From positions 8,496,001 to 8,560,000 of the forward strand of contig NC_087251.1 in assembly GCF_037042905.1 (NCBI RefSeq): a stretch of DNA of 64,000 nt, in the 5' to 3' direction. The position numbers and the translations under genes were made by a program. The DNA comes from Lytechinus pictus. Taxonomy: Eukaryota. Positions 26,413 to 40,300 of this stretch are shown here, one piece after another (position 1 is the stretch's first letter; each line of letters opens with the position of its first letter). The notes under the pieces were generated by a model. It had not been told where the DNA came from. It was given only the letters and a program-made list of their open reading frames with translations, and searched no databases.

Positions 26413-29400
26413 TTGGGGGGAGGGTGTTTTAAAGTTTTGACTTTATGGGAGAAATACAGATCATAGAAGAGAAATACGGCAATATTTCCTCAAAACTAAA
26501 AATTACATATGACTGTTTATTTGTTGACATCTTGTATTATCAATTTATTCATGATGATATATACAAAATGCAGGTGCCAACAACTACTCATTTTTCGATT
26601 GAATTGAATTCATTGGAAGGGTCATGGTGTAGTGGTTCAATTAGTCACTTAACTCCTATGGTATGCAATCAAAAGATAATAAACCTCAGAAATTTTCTAT
26701 GGTTTCAAATTAATTGAATGTCAGTTTAAATAGGACTGCATTTACCCACACCAATAAAAGAAAAAGGAAGATAGCAATTGAAAACTGTGTAAGGAAGAAT
26801 GTTAGATGAAGAGAGGGACACAGAGAGAGAGAGGGGGGGGGTGAAGGAGGGGGAGGACCTTTAGGGATAGGGAGAGTGAGGGGCAGGATAAGGTAGGAAG
26901 AAAGAAGATGTTAATTGTACTATACAAAGTTGAAAGTTCAGGGAAGGGCTTGAGCTTACTATTTCATTGTTTTATGTTGTATTCATTCCCCTTTCGTCAT
27001 CATTAACACCATTATTGTCATTATGGTTATCAGAAGCGTACGCAGGATTTTTGAAAGGGGGGTTTTCGAGTTGAATGAAAATTTGACAAGCAAAAAAAAA
27101 GCCCCCCCCCAAAAAAAAAAAAAAAATTTCATGAAATATCTGAGGGGGGGGTTGAACCCCTGTAAACCCCCCCCTGCGTACACTTATCAAGTGGCAACGC
27201 CATGTGCTGTTTGTGTTTACAATATGAATAATATATTGTAAAGCATTAAAATGTGAAAGCTAGAGAAAATGTTCAACAGTTATCAATGATCAGCATAATA
27301 TTAAGCTCCTCAACTCCTAAATCAAGGGTTGAGGGTTCGAATCCCACCCTGTGCTTATGTCCTTTGGCAAGGCACTTATCCACATTTGTGACTCTCCACC
27401 CAGTTGTTAAATGGGTATCCCGGTAGGATGTGAACGTCAATGTGATTAGATTGGCACAAGTGCACCGATAAACGGTTGCCTGGCAAAGAGAGTCCCCAGG
27501 GAGTGGAGATGTTTGACTTTATGTGTGGAACAGTGATGGATCCTATGACTGGGGTAATAATAATTACAATTTAAAGTGCTTAGAAAGCAATGTATGAAGC
27601 GCTATATAAATGAAACTATTGTTATTATTATCATTATTTGGCAATTGCCAATATTCAGAAAAAAATTGCAAAATGATTCAAAATTTACAACATGTACATA
27701 TATTGTAATAGTTTTAGGAAAAAATGTTAAAATGTAATTTTGATTAATTCTTTTCAGGAAATATTGCTTCTATCTCTTTTGCACGTTCCTATAAAGAAAG
27801 CCAAAATGGTATATATTTATTCTCAATAATTCTACCACTTAAATCATTTATATTGTTCTGTTCCAGGAGAATTGTAAGAATGAAGAGATTCTGAACTTGC
27901 TGAAATACGTCAGACCAGGACAGGGTTATGAACCACAGTGAGTATTGTTTTGGCAAATTCTGCTAACAAGGTTAATGGATAAATAATATGGCAGTCTTCC
28001 CTTTGACTTATTAAGTCAGTCTATCAATCTCTTCTCTACGGAGCCTTTTAAGTGCCATCGACTTGATGACTTGGCGAGATACTTAAAGGAGAATGAAACC
28101 CTTGAAACCAGCTGAATCCATATAAAAGAGAAAAATCAAAGAAACATATTGTTGAAAGTTTGAGGAAGATTGAATGAATAATAAGAAAGTTATGAGCATT
28201 TGAATATTGAGATCACTAATGCCATGTAGATCCTCCCATTGGCAATGCGACCAAGATCTGTGATGTCACACACGTACAACTCCCTCATTACTTTAGTACT
28301 TATTTCACTTATATTCTCACTTTTATAGAGTCTATCACAAGGTGAGGTGTTCTCTTTATGAGAGGACAAGTACAGAGGTTTCACAACATTATATCATTGA
28401 TGAATCGTTTGTCATATGATTAGAATGAGCAAAAAGAGATGTTTTGGGGTATATTTTCAGTGTCCAAAACTGGACAACTCTCCCCTTTTGGACACTGAAA
28501 ATGTACCCCAAAACATCTCTTTTTGCTCATTCTAATCATATGACAAACGATTCATCATTGATATAATGTTGTGAAACCTCTGTACTTGTCCTCTCATATA
28601 AAGAGAACACCTCACCTTGTGATAGACTCTATATAAAAGTGAGAATATAAGTGAAAAAAGTACTAAAGTAATGAGGGAGTTGTACGTGTGTGACATCACA
28701 GATCTTGGTTGCATTGCCAATGGGAGGATCTACATGGCATTAGTGATCTCAATTTTCAAATGCTCATAACTTTCTTATTATTCATTCAATCTTCGTCAAA
28801 CTTTCAACAATATGTTTCTTTGATTTTTCTCTTTGATATGGATTCAGCTGGTTTCAAGGGTTTCATTCTCCTTTAATCTTGCCATGTCGACATAATAACC
28901 TTATTATGTCGACATGGCGAGATACATTATCTCGCCAAGTTGACTTATAAAAAGTTATATGTCAACTTGGCGAGATATTTGGACTCTCGCCGGGCCTTGG
29001 ACACTTCATATCTTGCCATGTCGACATATAATGTTTTATGAGTCGACTTGGGTAAGATAAAATATCTAGCTATGTTGACATATAACTTTTTATAAGTCAA
29101 CTTGGCGAGATAACGTATCTCGCCATGTTGACATAATAAGGTTATTATGTCGACATGGCAAGATAAAGTATCTCGCCAAGTCGTCAAGTCGATACTTACT
29201 AACACTGCGTGCATAAACTTGTATAGGCCTACTGCTTTGTTTTGGTCTGCTATTGTTTTTTTTAAACTAAATATGAAGTAAGAATATTTTACAGCAGGTA
29301 TATTACACCATGCATCTTTTGTAATATGATATTGTATTAGAATAGACAACAGTTGTGTTTATAATCCTAAATGATATATTTCAAATTTGTATTCTATATT

Positions 29401-29743
29401 CTTTTGTTTCCTTTGTGCATGCACAGCATAATCACATTTTTTTTTTTTTTTTTGCATTAACAGATTTCCAATATTCTCCAAAGTAACGGTCAATGGTAAG
29501 GACAGCCATCCTCTCTTCACCTTCCTCAAAACCAGCCTCCCTTTCCCTAGTGACCTGGCAGCAGGGGCGGGATCAGTCCTCATGAATGACCCTAAGGGAA
29601 TCATCTGGAGTCCTGTTAGACGTTATGATATCAGCTGGAACTTTGAGAAGTTCTTGATTAACAAAGATGGAGTACCAGTTGCAAGGTACAGTCCCAAACT
29701 GCCCCCTGCAGACATGGCTGGAGATATTGAGAAGCTCTTGTAG
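25185..29743 (+). CDS. GPX1: Selenocysteine-containing glutathione peroxidase, GPx1/GPx2-like (~205 aa, Sec at codon 54)
   Basis: Exons 25185-25451, 27867-27937, 29464-29743 (TAG). Translation: ...[13 protein letters not shown](TGA 25344-25346)[13 protein letters not shown]...[47 protein letters not shown]...[24 protein letters not shown]. It has the catalytic tetrad U/Q/W/N and the GPx1/2-type oligomerisation loop. GPX1 versus GPX2 orthology cannot be resolved by eye. Confidence 0.95.
26615..27637 (+). mobile_element. tRNA-derived SINE split by a ~650-bp insertion
   Basis: A box TGGTGTAGTGG ~26625; B box GGTTCGAATCCC ~27334; body like the SINE at 8851; ATT-rich tail. Confidence 0.75.
28087..28872. 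mobile_element. Fully palindromic TTAA-flanked MITE (Kolobok-like)
   Basis: TTAA-AGGAGAATGAAACCC ... GGGTTTCATTCTCCT-TTAA; near-identical ~380-bp arms. Inserted in an older palindromic GTCGAC/GGCGAGAT element (28057-29193). Confidence 0.9.
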
Positions 29744-30849
29744 GCTGTGGCATATGCTGCAAAAAAATTATGTTCAATGTTATTTCAAAACAAATCTTTC
29801 CATGATTTGAATTATTTCAAAACAAAATCTTTCCATGATTTGAAATAATTTAATGGCTTTCTATCAAATGGAAAAAACAAATTTTAGTCATTGACTTTGA
29901 AAATAACACTCGCACATTGAATTATCTTTGAAAAAAGCTCGATATTGACAAAGAAACTAAATCTTTAAGTTGTATCACTGTGTATGACATGGGAATTATA
30001 TTTCCATTTCAGATTTTCTGTTGATTTATTAATTTGAGTTTATTTACACAATTTAATACTTTGTTGATTTTTTTCTTAATAAAAATCAGGAACTCTGTTG
30101 TTGGGCATTAAATGAGTATTAATGTTTAAAATATATTGCCTTACATTGTTTACCTCTTGTTGTACATAGGCAGAAGGTAGACCTTCATTAGCATTGTTTT
30201 TTCAGTTTCAATATTCTTTATTAAACTTTCTTCTTGGACATTCATGAACATTTACCTGTTAGAAAATAAAGTCAAGACAATCATGCATTTTGTATGTAAT
30301 TCAGCATGAAATAGCCCCCCCCCCACCCCCGTTGGGGAAATAATTGGTTAACCCACTCATATGATTATGTGCTATATTCAATGTATAATTGATGCCAGCT
30401 TAGCCAATCCTATAATGTGATCCCATATCTGATTATATGTAAAGCATTAATTCATCAATCAGTATTTTGTGTGTGATTTTAACCTTGACAATGTTATCAA
30501 CTAGGATAACCTGTAACACTTCCATTGATTATTATTTATTCTTCACAATAGTATTTATTTGTATTTGCACTTGACAGCTTTTATTTTCTGTGTTGTCTTT
30601 TTTTCAAAGACCATTTTTCCTTTATGATAGTATTGTTTTTAAATCAAGCCTTGAAGAAATGATATTTGATGTGTTGGAAAACCGATGTACTTTAAGAAAA
30701 AAAAGGAAACACTGAAAATAATGGTTTGTTTTTATGTGCTTTGACATTCATTAGTCTTCAGGGTCAGTATGTAGATGTGACATGAGAAGTATTAGTATTG
30801 TATGTGCCTTTATTTCATGCTTTCTTTACCTCTTGCAGATGTCTCCCAT

Positions 30850-30930
30850 TGATTTTTATTCTCATCTATGATGGCGTTGTCTTAAACTCTTAATAGAGAG
30901 AGTAATGCCGGATGCTTTACAGAATCTAAT
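30850..30930 (+). promoter_or_regulatory. SECIS element (type II/form 2) in the GPx 3' UTR
   Basis: ATGA at 30868-30871; helix GGCGTTG(TCT) pairs with (AGA)gTAATGCC; unpaired AAA 30884-30886; apical mini-helix CTCT-taat-AGAG; 3' GA at 30911-30912. Lower helix GATTTT/AGAATC. Confidence 0.85.
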
Positions 30931-31799
30931 CAAACGCAATGCAAGAGATAAAGTAAACATTTGAAGATCATTTTACATAGAGAGAAAATATTAAAATAAC
31001 CACCAAGAAAAGTTTTGATTGCTCAGATTTTCTTTGTCCAATGTCTCAACCACTCCAAATATGGGATCCCTATGTTAATACCTTGATTAATCAGTTTTTC
31101 GGGCCACATAATTTCACATATTTTTGTATTGTTTAGGCTTCCACCAACTGAGAGTTTAGAAGGCCAGCATTCACTAACTACTTTTTAAAGCCAAATGGTC
31201 AATCATTTTTTTTTTCTTTTTGCTGCTTGTTGTCTTGCAATTGTTGGAGAAAAAAGTGACAATGATTAGGTGTTTAGAGGGTGATACGACATATGCTTTT
31301 GTCTGTGGCATTTGCTCCTTAATATCTCAGAGGGAATAGGGTTTTGAGTTAGGATTGTAAGAGAATTTCAGTTCAGAACAATGTAAAGATTAAGATCAGG
31401 GTTTATTTAGTTTTGGAAGTTAGGTTTTGTCGGAGCAATTGTCGCCAGAGCTCATGTCATGGAACCATTTAGAGATTATATAGAATATATATATCTGTAA
31501 ATGGTTCCATGACGTGCTCTGGTGTTGTATATTGTGTTGAAGGCATGTTCAGCTAAAGGAGAATAGGATGGGTTGCTCAGTAGGGGGCCTCTTGTCACTT
31601 CAATAGCTCAATGGAGGTAAAATCTTTGTGGGTTGAGGAGCTTAATATTATGCTGATCATTGATAACTGTTGAACATTTTCTCTAGCTTTCACATATTGA
31701 TGCTTTACAATATATTATTCATATTGTAAACACAAACAGCACATGGCGTTGCCACTTGATAAGTGTACGCAGGGGGGGGGGGAGGTTTACAGGGGTTAA

Positions 31800-32490
31800 C
31801 CCTATAGCACCTACAGATTCCTATGCATAATGGCAATTACTCACTGGAGGAAACAATAAAAATGGTAATAAGTAGGCATTGTTCCAAACAAATTGAAATA
31901 GTTTTTTATAAATTTACTTTTGTTCATTACAAGTTATATCATAGGACCTGTTGAATAGAATGGTACATGGCAAAGTTCAATCAGATGTACGAATATTGAC
32001 CTTTGACAATCGTTTGCAGAGCGAGAAGAAAAAAAACAAAAGTTTGGGTTTAAGCCGCCCCAGTCCCACGCCTTCAAAAAAATGTAAAGTATCACTGACA
32101 GAATACAAAAGTTTTCGCCAAATCTTGGATCAAATATGTCAAAAATTAATTCCAACTCACATCTAGATGTCACTCTGTGTGATATCCAACGTTTTGATGA
32201 ACATATAGCAACGCCCGAGCTTCTTCGGCGAAGTAAGTGGTTTTCCGAGACATGGACGCAGCCATCTTTGCTGAGATCGACTGCGCAACAGTCTGGAACT
32301 TGATCGTTTTTTCTCTATTATACTCAATAGGAGCATACACTTTTCTATGCAGATCTATATAGCAGCCAACCTATACGGTATGCACACGCAATATTACCAC
32401 GGTAAATCATAGACAAGAGATACTATAGCGCAAAGAAAACGTACAGGCGGTTCAGTGTGTAATAGGAAGGGCGGTTCAGGTGCTATAGGG
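31800..32490. mobile_element. piggyBac-like non-autonomous element
   Basis: TTAA TSD (31796-9, 32491-4); 13-bp TIR CCCTATAGCACCT. The empty site is visible in the paralogous copy near 27150. Confidence 0.88.
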
Positions 32491-33119
32491 TTAAACCCCC
32501 CCTCAGATATTTTTTGATAACTTTTTTTGGGGGGGCTTTTTTTTTTGCTTGTCAAATTTTCATTCAACTCGAAAACCCCCCTTTCAAAAATCCTGCGTAC
32601 GCTACTGATAACCATAATGACAATAATGGTGTTAATGATGACGAAAGGGGAATGAATACAACATAAAACAATGAAATAGTAAGCTCAAGCCCTTCCCTGA
32701 ACTGTCAACTTTGTAGAGTACAATCAACATCTTCTTTCTTCCTACCTTATCCTGCCCCTCACTCTCCCTATCCCTCAAGGTCCTCCCCCTCCTTCACCCC
32801 CCCCCCCTCTATCTCTGTCCCTCTCTTCATCTAACATTCTTCCTTACACAGTTTTCAATTGCTATCTTCCTTTTTCTTTTATTGGTGTGGGTAAATGCAG
32901 TCCTATTTAAACTGACAATCAATAAATTTGAAACCATAGAAAATTTCTGAGGTTTATTATCTTTTATTGCATACCATGTTTTAACATCTATTATGTCATT
33001 TCCATTTAGAGACTATTCCAAATAGGATGCAATAAATAAATTGATTTTAAAAATGACAACAAAGCCTGCTTGATCTTAATTATACCTGCATGAATCCTTG
33101 TGCATATGCATTGCACATA

Positions 33120-34810
<1,691 letters not shown>

Positions 34811-36132
34811 TACATGTAGTTGCATGTATAATAGAGCATGAGAAACTGGGTGGGTCTTTACAAAGCTTATGCTAAAAACGTAAATAAATATTTGGTCAAA
34901 TGAATACCACTGATACTTTTTAACACCACTCAGCAGAATTTAGTTCACAGATAACTATATGAAGAGTGTATTACATTATGTTTTGAAGACCTGTTAGCAC
35001 ACAAGTTTGGGGTCTGTGCTCAATAACACATGTATCTGTCAAATCATTTTCAGTTACTGCGCTGGTAATCACAATGTCACTTGGAAAAATAGTTCAAAAT
35101 ATTAATTTTCTGAAATATTCAAATTAATCTAATAAATTTTCCAAAAGATTTTGATAAAATACATTTGTATTTCTTTTTTGGGTCTAGTCATAGGAGGTGT
35201 AATGTATCATTAGTCACACATAATTTCACACAAAACTGTTGACATGTTCATAGGTGCTATATCAGATTTCCTCTTTGGCTAATTGAACTCTTGACATTCA
35301 CATATTATTTTTTTTAATCTGTAAATTTTTTTACCACAGTCATTATCAAAGGAAATTCACGTGTACTATGTTGTAACGGGTATTACGGCATCTCATATAG
35401 CACATGATCAGGGCAGCATTTTATGAAGCTTGTCAGTACTGACAGTTGGTATCTTCTGACAGTTACCATAGTAACAGGCATAGACCAGTGCTTCAAGAAG
35501 TGCACTAAACTTGAGAGCTGACGATTTTCATGAAACTCCCTTAGGTCATCAGTCATGCTTGCTTACAGTCGTGAAAAAAATTACAAACTGCCTTATAAAA
35601 TATGGCATGTCATCACTACCCCTCCTATCCTCCTGGCCAATCTATATCCACTGCTTGAATCATGCTATAATTATACATTCATTCAACATGAACAACCTTC
35701 AGTTGTCTTCATAATAAATGCAATCTGCAGACCTGCAAACAGCTAAATTCCAATTTCAGGGTGGATCTCTCTCAATCATACACATTCTAGCGGCCTCATC
35801 CATTACCCTAAAATCTGTATCCTGCAAAAAATTATGCATACCAACACCATCCTCCATTATTTTAACACATTAGTGATGAAAATACAAAATTGATCTGTAT
35901 TTCCTCTTTGTTTAGAAAATATGAATAGCAAAAGCACCTATAGCAGTACAGTGTCCTTTTAAAAAATGCTTCCATAGTATTTCTAAAATGTTGGAATCAA
36001 GGTTTCAAGAAATGCCCCAGACTCCCCCCGTTCCTTATTATTTCCGGCATCAGGACCACACAGCAGCACATGCTTTTGCTTAAACACTTTACCCCCTATG
36101 TGTAATGAGATGCTAAGTCAAATAGTAGATAT

Positions 36133-36710
36133 AAAGTGTGCCCCCCCCCAAAAAAAATGAAACCGAGATTTATAGATGATTTATCATGCCTTAATCACAA
36201 ATACAATAGACAAATGACCTATCATTGTAAAGCTTGTGGTTTCCTCTTTCATCTGAAATAACGTAGATTATTCCTCTTTCATGCACGAGTGAGCAAAAAC
36301 AATTTGAAGAAAGTAAACCTATAAGTCATTTGACAGGAATTCCAATTAAAAAAAAATCACATGCCTAAAAATCTCATTATCTGCTCCTTATTTCAATACA
36401 AATATCACAGAAAATTATTAAGAAATAACAAAGTTCTGTTTCTTCAAAACAATGCTTCCAGTATTTATACAGTATTGTGGTTAACAAAAGACTTTATTCC
36501 TGGCTGATCATCAAAATGGAGTGTCAAGTAAGTCTGAAAGCTAGCCTGTAAAACCTCATCATTTTATGAAATTATTGGAATGAAGAATAATCTAAGTCAT
36601 TTCAGATGATGAAGGAGACTCTTAAGCTTTACGGTGATAGGTCATTTATCTATTACATTTGTGATAAGTTGTGATAAATCTTAGTTGTTTTTTTTCTGGG
36701 CTGCACTGTA
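36133..36710. mobile_element. Degenerate Tc1/mariner-type MITE
   Basis: Ends resemble CAGTGCGTCCCAGAAAAAACGAAACCGAGATTT (better-preserved partial copy at 60630-60835); right end ...GCTGCACTG-TA. Confidence 0.6.
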
Positions 36711-37354
36711 TAATATATTACTGGCAAAATATAATATGTAATATTTTACCAAACAGTCTATATTGAGGATAAATATGGCAAGAAAACTTGTAACATTCAC
36801 CAAATTCACTTTCAAACATTTATATTTTGAAAATTCCTGTTTTCAAGTTGGTATTTTTCTTTTGTTTCTTCATGTTGGAATGCAATATATGGCAGTTATT
36901 TTTTTAAAATAGGATTTCCTGTTAAGTTCATTATATCTGTATTATTGTAATTTCTTCCAACAATAAAAAATTTGAATCCACATCTATGTCTGCATTATTT
37001 AATATAAGAATTACTCAAGTCTATCATATTGGTTCAAATAAAATTAGGAGAAAGGCAAATGGACAGTTAAAAAAATGTATATATTTTGTTATCCTTTGGT
37101 ATGTCATAAACATATCTCCAATAAGACATTTCTTTTATTTTCCTAATTTCACTGAAAACAAATTGATTTTAGGTGAATTGCACCTTTTGGCAAATGCCCT
37201 TTACATCTCAGCAGATAACCATTGCTCATACAAAAATTATAAATATGTCATATAAATATCTATAACATGCAATATCATTATCCATAATATGCCATATAAA
37301 TATACATTGATTTTTGCATAAATTTATCTAGAAAACTAAGACCCGCAGCCTTCA

Positions 37355-40300
37355 TCAACTGATAGCAATAGTAGTTAGACCTATAAATGTCCTTCTAAAC
37401 CATCTCACAACAGATGAACACATCAGCCAAAGGTACATCTCATAAGCTGATATCTGAAGAAGTTTAACATCTCGTCGCACATGAACCATAAGACGACCCC
37501 ATCTAGTGGTTTTCTGTAATGCTTTATGGTGAGCTACAGAGCGTACACAACATCTGGACATGTTGATGAACGAACTGGCACTCTCGCTGCTCCCCAATGC
37601 ATATTCAATACTACGTAGTAAGTCATTGGTCTTGAGGAGGAGCAGCATCTGTCTTGGTACCATGTTTAGGAGTTTAGTGATTTCTGAGATGTACTGGGCT
37701 GCATGCTCGCGAACCTCACGATCCTAGAATCAAATATAAGTAGAAAATAATATGAATCTATGAGCACCTTGGGCAATTCTCTTTTTAGAAATCTGTTAAA
37801 GATTTTTCATTACCTTATTAAAGGGATAAGAAATTAAAGGCGTATTGAAGAATTATAAATAATCACAATATTGACTGCATTTTTTTTTACAGGAAACAGA
37901 CAAAATAGTATTTTCTATATACTGGTACATGTAACGAGTGATATCCTGGGGCGGTATTCTGAACATTGTCTTTTCTCCATATTTTATCTTATCTCAGAGA
38001 TATGACAAAATCGGTATTCTGGTGGATGTCATATCTTTTGTCACAAAAATTGTCATAAATTTCGTCTCTTCTTTTTAGCGCGCACCAAAAACACGCGGCT
38101 TTAAATGCGCGTAATCCTTTTATTCAAGCAAAAGATATGACAAAAGTTATGACAGGGGGGTAGCAGTCATAAATTTTGTCATATCTTTTAGCACCAAATA
38201 TCCCGATACCCTGCCGACTGAATGTCAAGCATATAATGATATTATTTAGATTAGATTGTGGTATTAGTTTCACTCATCAACCATGACAATTTTCAAAATT
38301 ATATTTTCATGCTACAATTAGTTAGGCCCTACATATTAAATTCCTCCTTTTTCCTTTGTTTTTCTTCTTTTTCTACTTCTCCTCTTAAATCCTTCACAGC
38401 TCCCTGTCTCTCTTTTTAATTAAGCGCATTAATATACGCGTAGTTGCGCGATGCCAGCAACTGCATTGGGGATACGCCCTACCTGCCACGGGGCCTTCCT
38501 ATTGGCTAGAAGGGCTCCCACTGGGAACTAACGATGATTTTGATTGGTTTGCTTCCGAAAAGTTGGGCGGGAACTTTGAGGGATATGACAAGGAAAAGAC
38601 AATGTTCAGAATACTGATTTGTGACAATCATAGCGGTGTCACATCTCGGAGAGAAATGACAAAATTTATGACAAAAGTTATGACAGTGTTCCAAAATACC
38701 ACCCCTGGTGTAACTGTAACAAAGAATTTCTTCCAAAAGTCCTTGTTCTATCCACTTCACACTGTTTACAACATAGTGTTGTAATCCAATCTACATGGAG
38801 GAAGTTACTAATTGATGCAGAGAGTCAAGGTTCCAGCCCTGGTCATGTCTCTTAAATGGTGGCGTTTAAGGTCGGTCCATGACATAAATAATCATATCCC
38901 ATTGATACACGTCATTGAAAATTCAATAACACAGACTGTCCTTAAAAGATTGCATTTACAGAATCATTTTATAGATTCGGAAGAGTGTCAGATTTTACAG
39001 GTGGGAAAAATAGACAGAAAATGGGCAAAAGTAACAAATATACAGTAATTTGGTAACAGCTTGTATGTTTGTTCCAGGACAGTAAACACATAATCTTGTC
39101 CGCAGGTTTCATAACGATGAATAACCAGTAAAAGAAAGTGAAATGTTGCTTTACCTCTTGAGCAGACCTTTGTTTCTTGTCAATACCAACAGCCAATGAA
39201 TCCCATGATCTAGCAGTCAGCATACAAGCAAAGATACCATACATTTGACCAGCCCCTAATGCCATACTATAATGTTTGATACCCTCGAGATCAGCTGCTA
39301 AGATAGACTGCCATAGACGGGAGTAATCCAGACGAAAATCATCTGTCAGTGTCTGGAGGATAAGAAAATACAGACTTACTCAAAACATATGATTTATGCT
39401 ATTACAAGTGTAAATCAATATGCATTTCATTGTCAGATTTGTTGAATCAATTGGTAATGCAGAAGTCAATATTAAAAAAAAAAAGATATTTAATTGTGTT
39501 TAAAGGGATGCTCTGGGCTGAAAATAATATGAATTATACAGATAAAGAAAAATCAGAAAAACAAAACACTGAAAATTTTATCAAAATCGGACAACGAATA
39601 ACAAAGTTATGGCATTTTAAAGATTTGCATTACTATGGTGAAACAGTTCTAGGCATGTCTTCATGAATATTCAATGAGCAAATTGATGATGTCATATCCC
39701 CACTTGTTCTTTTGCATTTTATTACATGAAATTAGGTTTATTCAAATTTTTTCAACCAAGAACTAAAAAAATTGGATTGACAACTGATTTAGTGTATTAG
39801 ATATTCATTGCTGCAACTTATTTCATTAGAGAGGAGACACATTATTCACACATGTATGAAAAAATGAAACAATGATGATTTCATGTAATAACAAGAAAAA
39901 GAAAAGTGTGTATGTGACATCATCAGCCCACCTAATGAATATTCATGATGATGTGCATATAAGTATTTTAATAAAATAATGCTGAACTTTAAAATTTGAT
40001 AACTTTGTTATCCTATTTTGATGAAATTTTCAGCATTTTGCTCTGTGAATTTTACTCTATTTATTTAGATATAAATATTTTCAGCTCGGAGTACCCATTT
40101 AAGGCATGTTTTTCAGTATGTTCTCAAACTGCCATTTTCATGATTTTAATTATCTGTTTAGAAATTGAAGAGCATTATATTTCAAAGCTTAAATGGTTAA
40201 TAAAAAAACTGTCTGATCTCATGTGAGTGAACCTGCAGTGACGCCTGAATCCAAAAATCATTATCGCACCAACTTTCATTTGGAAGGGTATCTATTCACA

